This document shows, piece after piece, positions 23,794 through 37,931 of a stretch of 64,000 nucleotides of DNA (position 1 is its first letter; the number at the start of each line of letters is the position of its first letter). The position numbers were made by a program, and so were the translations under genes. The notes beneath the pieces were generated by a model, which saw nothing but the letters and a program-made list of their open reading frames with translations, was not told where the DNA came from and made no database searches. This stretch comes from Octopus sinensis (Eukaryota): assembly GCF_006345805.1 (NCBI RefSeq), contig NC_043007.1:43834001-43898000 (forward strand). The letters run 5' to 3'.

Positions 23794-24078
23794 AAAATAA
23801 AAACCAAAATAAATAATTAAATAAATATATGTATATTAACATATAAGAAATTATAAATATATATAAAAATACGTAATTTTTCAATAAAAAAATTAGAACA
23901 AAATTCAATAATATATCTTAAAATAAAAACACGAAATATCTTAACAAATATATTGTTAACTAAATCTTTTAATTTAATACATAAGTTATCTCATTAAAAA
24001 CGTGGTAGATTTGGTAGACAGAAGCTGATAGAAGCTCGCCGTATGTATATATACTGAACTCTCTTTTGCTTGTGTGCG

Positions 24079-24193
24079 TATTAATTTTTACAGGGAAAAG
24101 GTTGACAATGATGTCAAAGTTTCAGTAACACTGATGTCATGAGACAGTCGAAACTTCAAAGTTACTGTCAACTGTTTTCCTGTAAAATTAATA
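24079..24193. repeat. Small fold-back element with a decayed hammerhead 3' half in its arms
   Basis: Arms 24079-24123 / 24150-24193; right arm GAAACTTCAAAGTTACTGTCAAC resembles minus-strand GAAACTTCGAAGTCACTGTCAAC at ~2726-2748. Confidence 0.65.
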
Positions 24194-24254
24194 GATAAAT
24201 ATTCTACTAAAAAGTATTGAGTACTATTTTTGCTTAATATTGCTTTCATTAACC

Positions 24255-24456
24255 AATTTTGGTACAAGGCCAGCAATTTTGGGAGAGGTGGTAAGTCGAT
24301 TGCACCGACCCCAATGCTCAACTGGAATTTATTTCATCGACTTCGAAAGGATAGAAGGGAAAGTCAACCTCGGCGGAATTTGAACTCTAAACGTCAAGAC
24401 GGACGAAATGCCGCTAAGTATGTTGCCCAGGATGCCAACGTGTCTGGCCGCTCGCC
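24255..24456 (-). mobile_element. SINE family B, diverged
   Basis: Homology to 7740-7925. Confidence 0.8.
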
Positions 24457-24840
24457 GTGGGCCTTCAGTTTAATATTAAATTATTTTAATATATAACTTC
24501 TCATAAGAACACGCACCCATGTACGAACATATATTTGTGAGATTATATATTATACATAAATCATACGTACATACATACATACATACATATTCATATCAAT
24601 AATAATTAGAGCACTAGGTTTTGTTAGTAAATGCTTAAAGGAGATTCTGGATAAACTGGGATTTTCAGAAAGAGAAATCGACCGTCTGATTAGTACATTA
24701 AAAGTGCAATCTGTGTGTGGAACAGTAAAAATACGTACAGACATACATACATATATACATACATACATACATACATATATACGTACGTACATACATACAT
24801 ACATACATACATACATACATACATACATACATACATACAT

Positions 24841-24913
<73 letters not shown>

Positions 24914-25697
24914 ATTATTCAATTTTATTTCAAGATTTCTTGCTAACAGAGAAAGAGCCGGTTTGCAACCTAAATCCAAGGCTCCTTCATTGGAATTTCA
25001 CAAATATCAACAAAGTATTTGTGTGGGCGTGCGTGTGTCTGTGGAACATTTGGAGTCAATGCATGTGCAGATTTGTATGATTTGTTTGCTGTGTGTATTC
25101 TCATGCATATAATTGCATGTCTAGACGAACTCATATATACTTAAACGGTAAACTTCTGGAAAGTTTTACAATTTTTTTACAGTTTCAGGGATGGTTTGGA
25201 TCTGTCGTCATCGAATCAGTTTTCTCTTTTATGGATTTGAGATTAGTTTCTCAAAATTGGCACTCAGGCAGTTATTTACATATTCCAGTGTTCAAATAAT
25301 TACGGGTATAAACCTGAACTTGTAATTTGGGTAGAGTAATTGTAAATTTTATAATAGCTCAGCACAAGTGTTTTCTTTTTCGCTGATCTTCAACTATTTG
25401 GAAACTTCTGCTGGGTAGCTGATTTCCACTTCTGTACACAGTTTCACTTCCATATCCTAAATCACAGTGTCTGGTCTATTATGTTCACTATGTATGTATG
25501 TATGTATGTATGTATGTACGTATCTTTTTCAGACATTGGACGACGACCGTGTTGGGGCACCGCCTTGAAGAGTTTAGTCGAACACATCGACTCCAGCACG
25601 TAGATTGTAGTTATGGGTGCGTAAACAAAGCAACACTGGTTGTCAAGCGGTGGGTGGAGATAGACGCAAACACAAAGACATGCACATTTACATACAT

Positions 25698-25736
<39 letters not shown>

Positions 25737-26127
25737 ACACACACATATATATTATATATATATATATATTTATAGTAAAAGCGAAATTTTGTCCGTCTAG
25801 AATCCCTGTATCTCAGCCTACATTTGCTCAACAAAAGCATATTATACCTTTTTGGGAATTTGGATGACCCCGGGATTGAAAATCTGCCCTTCATTGGTTC
25901 TGGAACATTCAGCATTGAGATCGGATTTAAAAGCACTTGGGTTGCTATTTCTAGCAGGTAAAGCTTGGTTGATTCACGCCATCTTGGTGTTAGGCAGAGG
26001 TCACACTAGATATAAACTTTATAACCATATCGGAATTCAACATAACCCCTATCAGATCACTTGGTATCTTAAACGAGCCACAAAAAAATTAATTAACTAA
26101 GTTCGCTTCGAACCACTCTTGTTGAAG

Positions 26128-26212
26128 GACCTTGACTGAAGGTGCACAGAAAATTAATCTAGGTAGCATGTGCAACTGCACATACTCTGTGCAACAGAAA
26201 CATGTGTCGGTC
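26128..26212 (+). ncRNA. Degenerate type I hammerhead motif with branched stem II
   Basis: GACC-TTGACTGA-AGG-TGCACAGA..ATGTGCA/TGCACAT..TCTGTGCA-ACA-GAAA-CATGTG-TC-GGTC. Confidence 0.65.
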
Positions 26213-26329
26213 ATTGTAATCATCTAATTATGCTGTATGACCAATTGTAAAATTAAAAGAAAAATTTCATGATCTACCAGTCTCCCTATTCCTTATAATT
26301 GTTTGAAATATATATATATATATTATTTT

Positions 26330-26710
26330 ATTCTTTTATTTGTTTCAGTCATTTGATGGCGGTCATGCTGGAGCACTGCCTTTAGTCTAACAAATTGACC
26401 CCAGAACTTATTCATTGTGATCCTAGTACTTATTCTATCGGTCTCCTTTGCCGTACTGGTAACTTACGAGGACGAGAACACACCAGCATCGCTTGTCAAG
26501 CGGTAGGGGGGGGGACAAACACAGTCACACAAACATATACACACAGATATATACGACGGGCTTCTTTCAGTTTCCGTCTACCAAATCCACTCACAAGGCT
26601 TTGGTAGAACCGAGGCGAAAGTAGAAGATACTTGCCCAAGGTGCCTCGCAGAGGGACTGAACCCGGAACCATGTGGTTGGTAAGCAAGCTACTTACCACA
26701 CAGCCACTCA
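26330..26710 (-). mobile_element. SINE family A
   Basis: Colinear with 1771-2172. Confidence 0.9.
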
Positions 26711-26797
26711 GCCATATAGCATATATATATGTATATATGTGTATATGTGTGCGTATATGTATGTATCAACCTGTCTATCTATCTATATATATGTCTG

Positions 26798-26865
<68 letters not shown>

Positions 26866-26871
26866 CCTATC

Positions 26872-26955
<84 letters not shown>

Positions 26956-27381
26956 AGACACAAATTTATATTGTGCTGCAAACAAGGCAAAGAACTAAAT
27001 GCTCAATACAGAGTATAGCTATTGTTTTATCAGTTGTAAAGCTACCGAAGTGAATCAAATGCCTAGAGTTCTGCGCATAATACTAAGTTTGATAACTATC
27101 ATGTACGTATATACATGCATACATGCATACATACATACATACATACATACATACATACATACATACATACATACACACATACATACATACATATGCATTT
27201 TGTGTGTATGTGTGTGTGTGTTTGTGAACATACACACAATGTTTAAATCCTGGAATGTATTGTCCGAAGCTCTAACGATTCTGCCCGTCCGTCACATCAA
27301 CATTTCCAGTTCGCGTTGAGTACGTTTGTTATATGTATGTATATATATATTATATATATATATATAATATGAATTTATATA

Positions 27382-27424
<43 letters not shown>

Positions 27425-27507
27425 GTATATATATATAATATATATATATATTATATATTATGAAAGTATATATATATAATATATATATATATATATGTTA
27501 AATATTA

Positions 27508-27578
<71 letters not shown>

Positions 27579-27617
27579 TATATATATAGATATATATTAT
27601 ATATTATATATATATAT

Positions 27618-28002
27618 ACTCTTTTACTTGTTTCAGTCATTTGACTGCGGCCATGCTGGAGCACCACCTTTAGTCGAGCAAATAGACCCCGGGACTTATT
27701 CTTTGTAAGCCCAGTACTTATTCTATCGATCTCTTTTGCCGAACCGCTAAGTGACGGGGACGTAAACACACCAGCATCGGTGGTCAAGCAATGCTAGGGG
27801 GACAAACACAAACACACACACACACATACATATATATCTACATATATACGACAGGCTTCTTTCAGTTTCCGTCTACCAAATCCACTCACAAGGCATTGGT
27901 CGGCCCGGGGCTATAGCAGAAGACACTTGCCCAAGATGCCACGCAGTGGGACTGAACCCGGAACCATGTGGTTGGTTAGCAAGCTACTTACCACACAGCC
28001 AC
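27618..28002 (-). mobile_element. SINE family A, well preserved
   Basis: Colinear with 1771-2172; embedded in (TA)n. Confidence 0.92.
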
Positions 28003-28130
28003 TATATATATATACATAGGATATATATATATGATATATACGTCAATCTCTACCTATCTATCTATCGGTCAGTGTCTGACTGCTTGTCTAATCGCATGTG
28101 AAGTATATACATGTCCATATACTTCTGCAT

Positions 28131-28159
28131 GTAGCAGCAGCCGCAGCAGCAGCATCAGT

Positions 28160-28230
<71 letters not shown>

Positions 28231-28237
28231 TAGTAGT
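28131..28237. repeat. (CAG)n(TAG)n trinucleotide repeat
   Basis: Direct reading. Confidence 0.97.
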
Positions 28238-28470
28238 AAGATCAAAGGGGTTTCCAGTTGTAACCATCACCGTGTAAATGCATGACACGGGTCGCGTAAT
28301 GTTTTCGTTTTACGAAGCGATAGAGGGTGCGATTTAATGGGCATTTAGTTCCAATTTTTAGCAAGGAGGCGATCGACCGATGTTTATATATTGAGAAACA
28401 GGCATGTCACTTAGTAACGCTGAATTTTTAAGTAATTCGCTCTCACTCACTCACACACACACACACTCTC

Positions 28471-28520
<50 letters not shown>

Positions 28521-28643
28521 TCCTCTCCCTCACTCTGTACGTGCATGCACCCGCGTGTGCGGGCGTGTGTACGCGTTTTTTGTGTTCAGTGTTTACACGC
28601 ATATAACTATGCATGTTTTTCACTCGTATGAATGTATGCAGTG

Positions 28644-28700
<57 letters not shown>

Positions 28701-29289
28701 TGTGTGTGTGTGTGGGTTGTGTGGTGTGGGTGTGTGGTGTGTGTTGGTGTGTGTATATGCAACTGTGTGTGTGTACATACACATTTACACATATATGTAT
28801 GCACACATACATACATGCATACCATTCATACTTACATACATACTTACATATATAGCTATGCACATGCATGCATATATATATACCTACATACGTGTATATA
28901 TACATGTATGCATACATATATGCATACATACATACATACATAAATACATACATACATACATACATTCATATATATATACACACACTATATATACACCTAT
29001 AGTACTTACGTACATACATATATATATATGTACGTACATACACTGGGACTATAAAAATCTACAAGGCCTTAAGATTTTGAAGTTTTCCTTTAGAACTTTA
29101 CTATTAATTAGATAGTCGATCAAAATCTACTCTAAATTGAAAAGAGAGGAAGCATGCGTGACTATAATTCTTTGTCTATCACTAATGAGCTCAGATGTAC
29201 GATGCATGTGTGTGTAGGGGTGTATGGGTGTGTCTGTATGTTTGTGTGTGTTTGTATGTGTGTATGCGTGTGTGCGTGCGTGAGTGTAA

Positions 29290-29450
29290 GCGCAGAGGTA
29301 GCTATGTGGTATGAAGTTTACTTATCAATGACATAGTTCTGGGTTCAGTCCCATTGCATGGCACCTTGGGCAGCAAGTGTCTTCTACTATAGCCTTGGGC
29401 CAACCACATGTGTGTGGATTTTGTTGACCGAAACTGAAAGAAGCCTGTTG
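29290..29450 (+). mobile_element. SINE family A 5' half
   Basis: Head plus CCTTGGGCAGCAAGTGTCTTCTACTATAGCC. Confidence 0.8.
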
Positions 29451-29467
29451 TGCGTGTGTTTGTGTAT

Positions 29468-29500
<33 letters not shown>

Positions 29501-29719
29501 ATAGGTGAGAAAGTTGGAGTCTCACGTGTTTTATATATAGGTGAGAACTCAAATATATTCTTTAACCTTATAAAACAAGCCTTCTGTAGTTTTTCACTTT
29601 TTACTATTTTCAATATATATATATTATTATATGATATATTATATATTATATATATATATATATATATATTAATATATATATATATGCATTAATATATATA
29701 TGCATATATATATATATGC

Positions 29720-29752
<33 letters not shown>

Positions 29753-30014
29753 AGATATACATATACATATATATATATATATATATATTATATACATATA
29801 AATATATATATTTATATATATATACATATGCATATACATGTGACTGTATGTGTGTGTGTGAATGAGTGTGTTTGTGTGTCTTTCTGCTTATGTTTGTCAT
29901 CTACCACGATAAAAGAGACCGTTGGAATAAGTAGATTTGTTCGAGCAAAATTCTTCAATGACTTAAACAAGCAAAAAATATTATACATACATATAAATAT
30001 ATTCTATTATTCTA

Positions 30015-30700
30015 TCACTTGTTTCAGTCATTTAGTTGCGGCTATGCTAGAGCACTGCCTTTAGTCGAACGAATCAGGACTTATTGTTTGTAAGTTTAGT
30101 ACTTATTCTATCGGTCTCTTATGTTGAAAGATTAAATTACAAGGACGTAAACACACCAACATCAGTTGTCGAGCGACGATGGGAGGGACTAACACAGACA
30201 CACAAACTTATGCATACACACACACACAGACACACACACACACACATACTCACACACACATATATTAATGTTAAGTTTTTATGTTGTGTTATGTTGTGTT
30301 ATAATAAAACAATTCCCATTCAAATCAAAGATTACTCAATACATGTTTATAAATACACAGTGCATATATATACATATATATTATATATATATATTATATA
30401 TATATATTATATATATATATATATAATATATATATATATTTATATATATATATATTCAGTACTTTGTTTTGCGAGCCTAATACTTATTTAATCAGTATTT
30501 TTGTCGAACTGCAAAGTTTTGGGGACATAAACACATGAACAGGTGTTGTCAAGTACTGGTGGAGGAGAAACTGACACAACCGCCCACCAAATCCATTCAC
30601 AAGTCTTTGGTCGGGCCTGCCGCTAGAGTAGACGACACTCGCGCAGTGGGACTGAACTCGAAACCATGTGATTCGGAAGCAAACTTCTAACCACAAAGGC
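30015..30700 (-). mobile_element. Two decayed SINE family A fragments separated by microsatellite
   Basis: Tail half at 30015-30200; middle and head at 30480-30700. Confidence 0.75.
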
Positions 30701-30842
30701 AAACATACGCACACACATATTTATATATATTATATTTATCGATTCTCGTGTATCTGTATACATATATAAATACATACATACGTACATGCATGCATGCTAC
30801 ATACATACATACATACATACATACATACATACATACATACAT

Positions 30843-30898
<56 letters not shown>

Positions 30899-31061
30899 GC
30901 CAGTTCCACTTGGTAACATGTGCCATGTTAAATGTTGTAGGTTCCGGAGTAGTCACAAACAAGCATAAACGCCGTCTCGGACCTCGCAACTTTGATCCAG
31001 CGGAACACCCAGGATGTGACAGTTGGAGGGAGAAAGATGGTTGAATTGTCACCCGACTAGT

Positions 31062-31216
31062 ACAGCAGGGATCGCCACCACCCCCTGCCGGAGACTCGTG
31101 GAGCTTTTATGTGTTTTCGCTCAATAAACACTCACAACGCCCGGTCTGGGAATCGAAACCGCGATTCTACAACCGCGAGTCTGCTGCCCTAACCACAGGG
31201 CCTTGCCCCTCCACAT
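31062..31216 (-). mobile_element. tRNA-derived SINE family C
   Basis: Minus-strand tRNA-like head TGTGGAGGGGCAAGGCCCTGTGGTTAGGGCAGCAGACTCGCG...GGTTTCGATTCCCAGACC with A and B boxes. Confidence 0.8.
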
Positions 31217-31283
31217 GGTTATATATATATATGTATATATAAATATGTATGTACATGTATGTATATATATATACATATATACA

Positions 31284-31391
<108 letters not shown>

Positions 31392-31699
31392 GCATGTAAA
31401 TAATATACATATGTGTGGGGGCACTAAGCGTGCTTGTAAAAGGCATTGAAAAGAAGACTGCAAAATGATTTTTTTCAAAACTTACCTTAAACCCTGCAAT
31501 TGTATATCCGAGAATACCAGACGACAACAAAGTGTATTCAACCTCATAACTTCGTTGCACTCAAGGCATCCCCCCCTTTTTTTTTATCTAGAAATTCGAA
31601 TAATTCAATCTTTCTCTCTCTCCTCTTTACCTCCTCACTCTTTCGGTCTGTATCATGGTTTTGTGCTTTCCGTATCTGTTACTCTCTGTATTTAACATT

Positions 31700-32115
31700 C
31701 CCTGACCCCTCTGTATCTCTCTGTCTCTGTCTGTCTGTCTGTCTGCCTGTCTGTCCCTCTCTGTCTCTCTCTGTCTCTCTCTGTCTCTCTGTCCCTCTCT
31801 CTCTTTCTCTCTCTCTCGCTCCTACATACACATGCACACACTTTGTTTATCTCTCTCTCTCTCTCTCTGTCTTTGTGCATCTCACTCTCTCACACATATA
31901 CACACCCTTTCTCTCTCTCTCTCTATCACTCTTCCCCACTCTCACTCTCTATCTCTCTCTTTCTCTTCCTCTCTTTTTCTTTCGTCTCTTTTTTTTTTCT
32001 AGATTTTCCCCTTATATTTCTCTGTATTTATACTTTGAAATGCCCTTCCTCACTGTTTAGCATCTTTCAATCACGCCTACTTTCTCTTTATTTTCCTTCC
32101 TACTCTCTTTCTTCA

Positions 32116-32152
<37 letters not shown>

Positions 32153-32322
32153 CAGTTTGTCTGTCTATCTATCTGCCTCTCTATCTTTTACACCGTTTTT
32201 GCATATAGCATTCTTGCTCACTAAATTTTCTTCATCCTTTCTCTTCCTATGCCTTCTCTCTCTATCTTTCTTTCTTTCTCCTCGCTCTTTCTCACTTTTT
32301 CCTCGCTTTCTCTCTCTCTCTA

Positions 32323-32409
<87 letters not shown>

Positions 32410-32420
32410 CTCACTCTTCT
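31700..32420. repeat. (TC)n-rich polypyrimidine low-complexity region
   Basis: Direct reading. Confidence 0.9.
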
Positions 32421-33399
32421 TCCTGATGTGTTTCAAGTTATATTTTATTTTCTCTTATTATTTATTCACGCCATATTTACTTTTATCTACTTTTTTTAAT
32501 TATATTATACTTCCGCCTATTCTTCCTTTCTCGCTTCCTTCTTTCTTCCTGTCTTCCATCCCTTCTTCCTCATTCGTTATTTCATTTCTCACATTCATAT
32601 TTTTTCCTATCTTCTGTTTGCCTTTCATTTATTCCATAGCTTTTCTTTATTTCTTTATTTCACTCCTCGTCTTTCTTTGCTTGTCATCGCTATTATTTTC
32701 TTTAAATATCTTTCTTTTGTATTTTAATTTCAATTTTCGTTAAAATTCTTTTAAAATTCTTGCTAATTTTAACTTCAACCTATGTTTTCGTATCCGAAAA
32801 TATCGGATTAGGCGTGTCAAAGCGAGAAAATTCACGTTTCCTTTTGTTGTCATAACTATCGTTATTGTTGTTATCGTTGCTGTGGCTGTTGCTGCTGCTG
32901 CTGCCTCTCCTGCCGCTGTTGTTGTTGCTGTTGCTGCTGCTATCATTGTTTTTGTTGTTGTTACCGCTGCTGTTGCTGCGCTTATTTTTGTTCATGCTGT
33001 TGCTCTTGTTCTTATTCTTTATCTTCGCTTCTTTCCTTTAATTCACTGTTTTCCTTCATTCGTTCCACCGTCCTATTTCTCTGCCTGTTCGCGCGCGCGC
33101 GCATGTGTGTGTGTGTGTGTGTGTGTGTGTCTGCGTGCGTGTGTCCCCACATTTACAGTTTAAAATTACTAGATGATTAGAAACAGTCTACATGACCGGA
33201 AATGACTATTTAGTCCAGTAAGAGATTTACATATTTTTCCACACAGACGTTATGAAAATGCTTGATTTCGCTGTAAAGATATTTGGAAATTGTTGTGACA
33301 TTTCATGTGCCTTGTCAACCCTGATTTACTTCTACATATCTTATTGCAAACAGAGCGAGATAATTCATCAGATTATGGGCTGTGAAAAGTCAGTAGAGG

Positions 33400-35880
33400 G
33401 CCTAGATACGTGCTCCTGCTTATGACTAACTAGTCCAGCTTAGAAGGGACAAATATGGTTGTAGGTATTACTAGTTTGGAGAGGACCATTGGCCACAAGT
33501 AAAATCTTTCTTGTCTCCTTTTTTATCAGTTTATGTTTCTGCTTATTATCCTCAAACAAGATAGCACTTTCTCGGAATTTTTTCCGCCATTTTGGTCAGC
33601 TCATTGCATCACTCTTCCAGTTTGCGTGCATCGTATTGAAAGTCTTTAGCAAGCTACTTATTATATCTTTGAAACGCGTTTTTGGTTTACACTGAGACAT
33701 CTTTGCTCCTTTTATCTGACTGCATAACAGTTGTTTGGCTATGCGTTAACCAGATTCCCTTATCAGATGGCCAATCCAGCGAAGTCTGTGTCAATGAATT
33801 TCAGTTTCAATGCCATCTACATCAGCAAACTCAAGTGCTTCAGAATCTCTGTGCACCCATTTGATGTTCAGTAAACAGCGCAAACATCGTTGATGAAATC
33901 GCTCTAATAATTTGAGATGCTTCGTATATTCTATCCATGTCTTACATGAGAAAAGAAGGGATGAAAGCATACAAGCCCTGTACACCGCGACCATTGTGTA
34001 TCTGGTAATATCCTTATTAGACCAAATTCACCTTCAAGATTCTTGAAAGCCTGAGATACTTTTTGAATGCGATTCGCTATTTCATCATCTAAAGAGCAAA
34101 CCCGATTCAGCACACTTCCAAGATATATAAATTTACCTACGACATTCAGTTTTGCACTTTGAAAGAAGGTCTCAGGTTTATAATATGAGTTGGAAGCCAT
34201 ACAGGATTCATCAAGTTTAAACATTAGGTGTTGCACGTGTCTCATTGAATGAGTTACTAAGTCAGTCATCTGCATACAATAAATTTCTTATTAGAAAAAT
34301 AAATGTCTTTGTTTTTGCTGACTACCTTCCCAAATTGAATATTTCACTGGGACTTCTATAACGAATATATGCAACTGAAAAGTATAGAGAAAATAACGTC
34401 GGGCCAAGAACATATCCCTGCTTCACTCCATTTCTCATTTTAAAAGATTCTGAAAGAATTCCTCGAACGTTAACAAATGCATCCATGTTATCACGTTCAC
34501 GAAATGTAATGGGCAACCAAACTTAAGCAAAACCTCCTATAACTCCTGCTTATTCATTATGTCAAAAGTTTTGTCAAATCGACAAAGATCTGAACTAAAT
34601 CTAGATTTTCTTCTCACTATTTTTCTTCCGCCCGACGTGAGGAAAAGATCATATTCATGATGTCCCTATTTGGTCTTAAACCACATTGAGATTCTAGGAA
34701 AACATTAATTGAAATTATCATTTAATCGCGTAAAGAGAAACCTAGCAAGTACTTTGCCAGCAGAAGAAAAAAGTGTGATTGATCTAGTGTTCCTTTTCCC
34801 TAATAAATGGGGATTATAACACCATCTCACTAAGCTTTTGGTACTGTTCCCATCTTCCACACATCACAAATTATTTCACGCATTAATTTTGCCATATGGT
34901 AACCTCCAAATTGGAAAATTTCTGCTGCAATTCCATCTATTCCTGATGCTTTTCCAGTTTACTAATCGAGATTTGAATCTCTTCAATTGAAGGAATATCA
35001 TCCAGTTCAGGAACGATTGGCATTTGCTGAAGATTGGAAACTATGTTATCTTTTATATCTCTGTCTAACGATTACAAAATCAATTAGATGCCGTTGTTTG
35101 GATCGAGAATGCATTCATGTTGTAATTTGACATTCTTTATGTTCAAACTGGGTATTTGATATCAATAAGTTCATCTTTGTGCAAAGTTGAAGGAGCAACA
35201 AACTATTATCGTTCATTTTTTCCAACCCCATACGCCTCCATGAGTTCTAATCCAAGTAAAATAATTTTATCAGAATTGGCTATACCACACAAACACGCTT
35301 TTAAAGCTTTATAGAATTCGAGTTTCGCTTCTACACTACTATCTTGAGTCGGTTCAGCGATCATCTCTTAATTTCATGCGTAGAGCCATGATTCTGTTAT
35401 TAATGTCCATTGGCAATCGCTCAACTTTGATACTATCTCATATTTAATGGCAAATCTTACACCTGCTTCTGTACGTTGTCCTTCTTTTCCTTTCCAGAAT
35501 ATTGTATACCTTGCACCTAGTTCTGTAACCTGGCCATCACCCAATAAACGGGTCTCCGAGAGTGCTGCAATATCTACAGAATGAATATTTCGTTAGCAAG
35601 AATGGTTATGTTATGCTCAGGACAATTTCCTGCATTATCAGCTAACGTGTGAACTTTCCAACAAGAAATATTAAGTCCCATTAGTTGGCTAGCATTAGTA
35701 TTAATTATTTTATTTCTATTGTTTCGAGCGCTATATGAACATCCGCCAGCTGCGCTAAAGTGACAAGATTTTTATGAGGTAGGCAGTTTTACTGGAGAAA
35801 CAGAATCTCATCATTGCCCTGCTTGTGTACCTCCAACCCGTCAGGTATGTACCCGATCCCACCTTCCCATCCTTACAGTT
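33400..35880 (-). mobile_element. RTE (BovB-like) LINE, decayed, EN plus RT
   Basis: DIAALSETRL..GQVTELGARYTIFWKG (APE), GVKQGYVLGPTLFSLYF, FIYLGSVL..LDDEIANRIQK, LERFHQRCLRCLLNIKW; many disruptions. Confidence 0.9.
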
Positions 35881-36211
35881 CTTGTGATAGAAAAAGATAA
35901 AACAACATACGAAATTACAAAAGAGCATAAAAAGACAATAAAACGTAGCAACGAAGATAATACATTGCTAACAAAGATGTTAGAAAGGTCTGAGCAGAAT
36001 TCAAGTCTCGCAAAGACGCTTTCTAGTAATGCTGAGTGCTCCAAAGACAAGCCGAGGTTAGGCGTTTGGCTCGGCAATTCCAGTGGTTTTATAAATATGA
36101 AACACACGCATACAACACACACACCCACACACACAAACAAACAAACAAACAAACACACACACACACACACACACATACACACACACTGACACACACATAT
36201 GTATGTATGTA

Positions 36212-36248
<37 letters not shown>

Positions 36249-36394
36249 GTATATACACATATAAACTCCCACTTACAAGAATAAACGCTTAGCTGCATTA
36301 AACACGATGTAAAATAAAGTAAAATGTATAGACCAAAAAACTATATGTATACGCACACACACACCCATATATATATATATGTGTGTGTGTGTTT

Positions 36395-36491
36395 GCATAT
36401 GTGTGTATGTATGTATGTATGTATGTATGTATTTATGTATGTATGTATTTATGTATGTATGTATGTATGTATGCATGTATGTATGTATGTA

Positions 36492-36522
<31 letters not shown>

Positions 36523-36612
36523 ATGTATGTATGTATGTATGTATGTATGTATGTATGTATGTATGTATGTATGTATGTATGTATGTATGTATGTATGTGT
36601 GTATGTATGCAT
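36395..36612. repeat. (TATG)n microsatellite
   Basis: Direct reading. Confidence 0.97.
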
Positions 36613-37860
36613 GTATTTCTTACTCATCGGGATACAATATAAACAATATAATTTAGAAAATATGCAAGGAGTGAAAAAACCATAAATGTAGATAATAATG
36701 TACAAAATTATAGGAATTTAAATAATGAAGAATATAAAAGACAATAAGAATCAAAATTTTTTTTTTAATTGAAAATTTAAAATACCATGGAAGAATTAAA
36801 GGTGATAAATAAATATATACAGGTATGTAATTATAAGTAGCAATATAAATGAGAGAAGGAGAAAAAGGATAAAGAGTCAAAATAAAATGAAAAATATAAA
36901 GATATAACAACTTATCGTGGATTAATTAAAAGGGTATTATAGAATGAGGTATGAGAATAATATATCCCGTAGGGAAATTAGCGAGGATAATATAATATCC
37001 ATTTAAACAATATATATATATATTGTTTTGCGTTTTGAATGTTTTGCGTTCTTGTCCCATTTTTTGGTATTCCTTTTTATATAAATATAACGGCGTACGT
37101 ACACTTTGGTCTCTTATATGTAAGAACATATATATAAATTTTGTACGAATCTATCATTCTTTCATTCTTTCCTTCTTTCTATCAGCCCTTCACACTTACT
37201 TCGTTCTTTCCACTCTTCTTTCTTTCGTTCTCCCTCTCTCGAATTTACTGGCTTTCTCTTCATTCCCACCTTCCCTCCTCTTTCACTTCACTCTGTCCCT
37301 TTTCTTTTTTTCTGCTCCCTCTCTAACTCTTCTATCCCTCTGCCTCTACCTCTCTCTCCTCTCTCCACGTGACCGGTGTTCAGCCAAGCCTGACCTTTCT
37401 TTCTTGGTTCGACTACCATCCGTGCAACATCTATATTCCTCCCTATGCCTGTCATCTCTATGTCCCTGCCGTGAGGCTACACTTCCACACACACCAGCTT
37501 AATTTAATTCGTCCTTAGTCGAAAGACACCTGTTGTTATGTCCTGATATTTTCATTTGTATTTGTGTATCATTTCTCCGTTTTTTTCTCTCCTTGTTTTC
37601 GTATACATTCGCTGCTTTCTTCCAAGGAATCTAGTGCTCTTAGCTTAGTTTTTCCTTGGGGCAGGCCATATTGGAGCAATCTCGAGTATAACCAGCCGAA
37701 ATTGCAAAGATAATGTGGAACTCGACTGAAGAAAGAAAACTCCAAATGATCCATCCTTGTTTTCTTCATTTCTGTATCGTCTATCTGGATACTTTGTTGT
37801 CCCTTTTTGTATCATCTAACTGTCTGGATGTTTTGCGTTCTTGTCCCATTTTTGGTATTC

Positions 37861-37927
<67 letters not shown>

Positions 37928-37931
<4 letters not shown>

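Noticed and set aside
31140-31216. tRNA-like sequence (also the heads of SINE families A and B)
   Set aside because: These are SINE heads joined to repeat bodies; no complete cloverleaf with a paired acceptor stem.
35750-35880. Possible HDV-like ribozyme in the RTE 5' UTR (and the Dong 5' end near 56000-56475)
   Set aside because: Expected from known RTE and R2/R4-group elements, but the nested double pseudoknot could not be assembled by eye.
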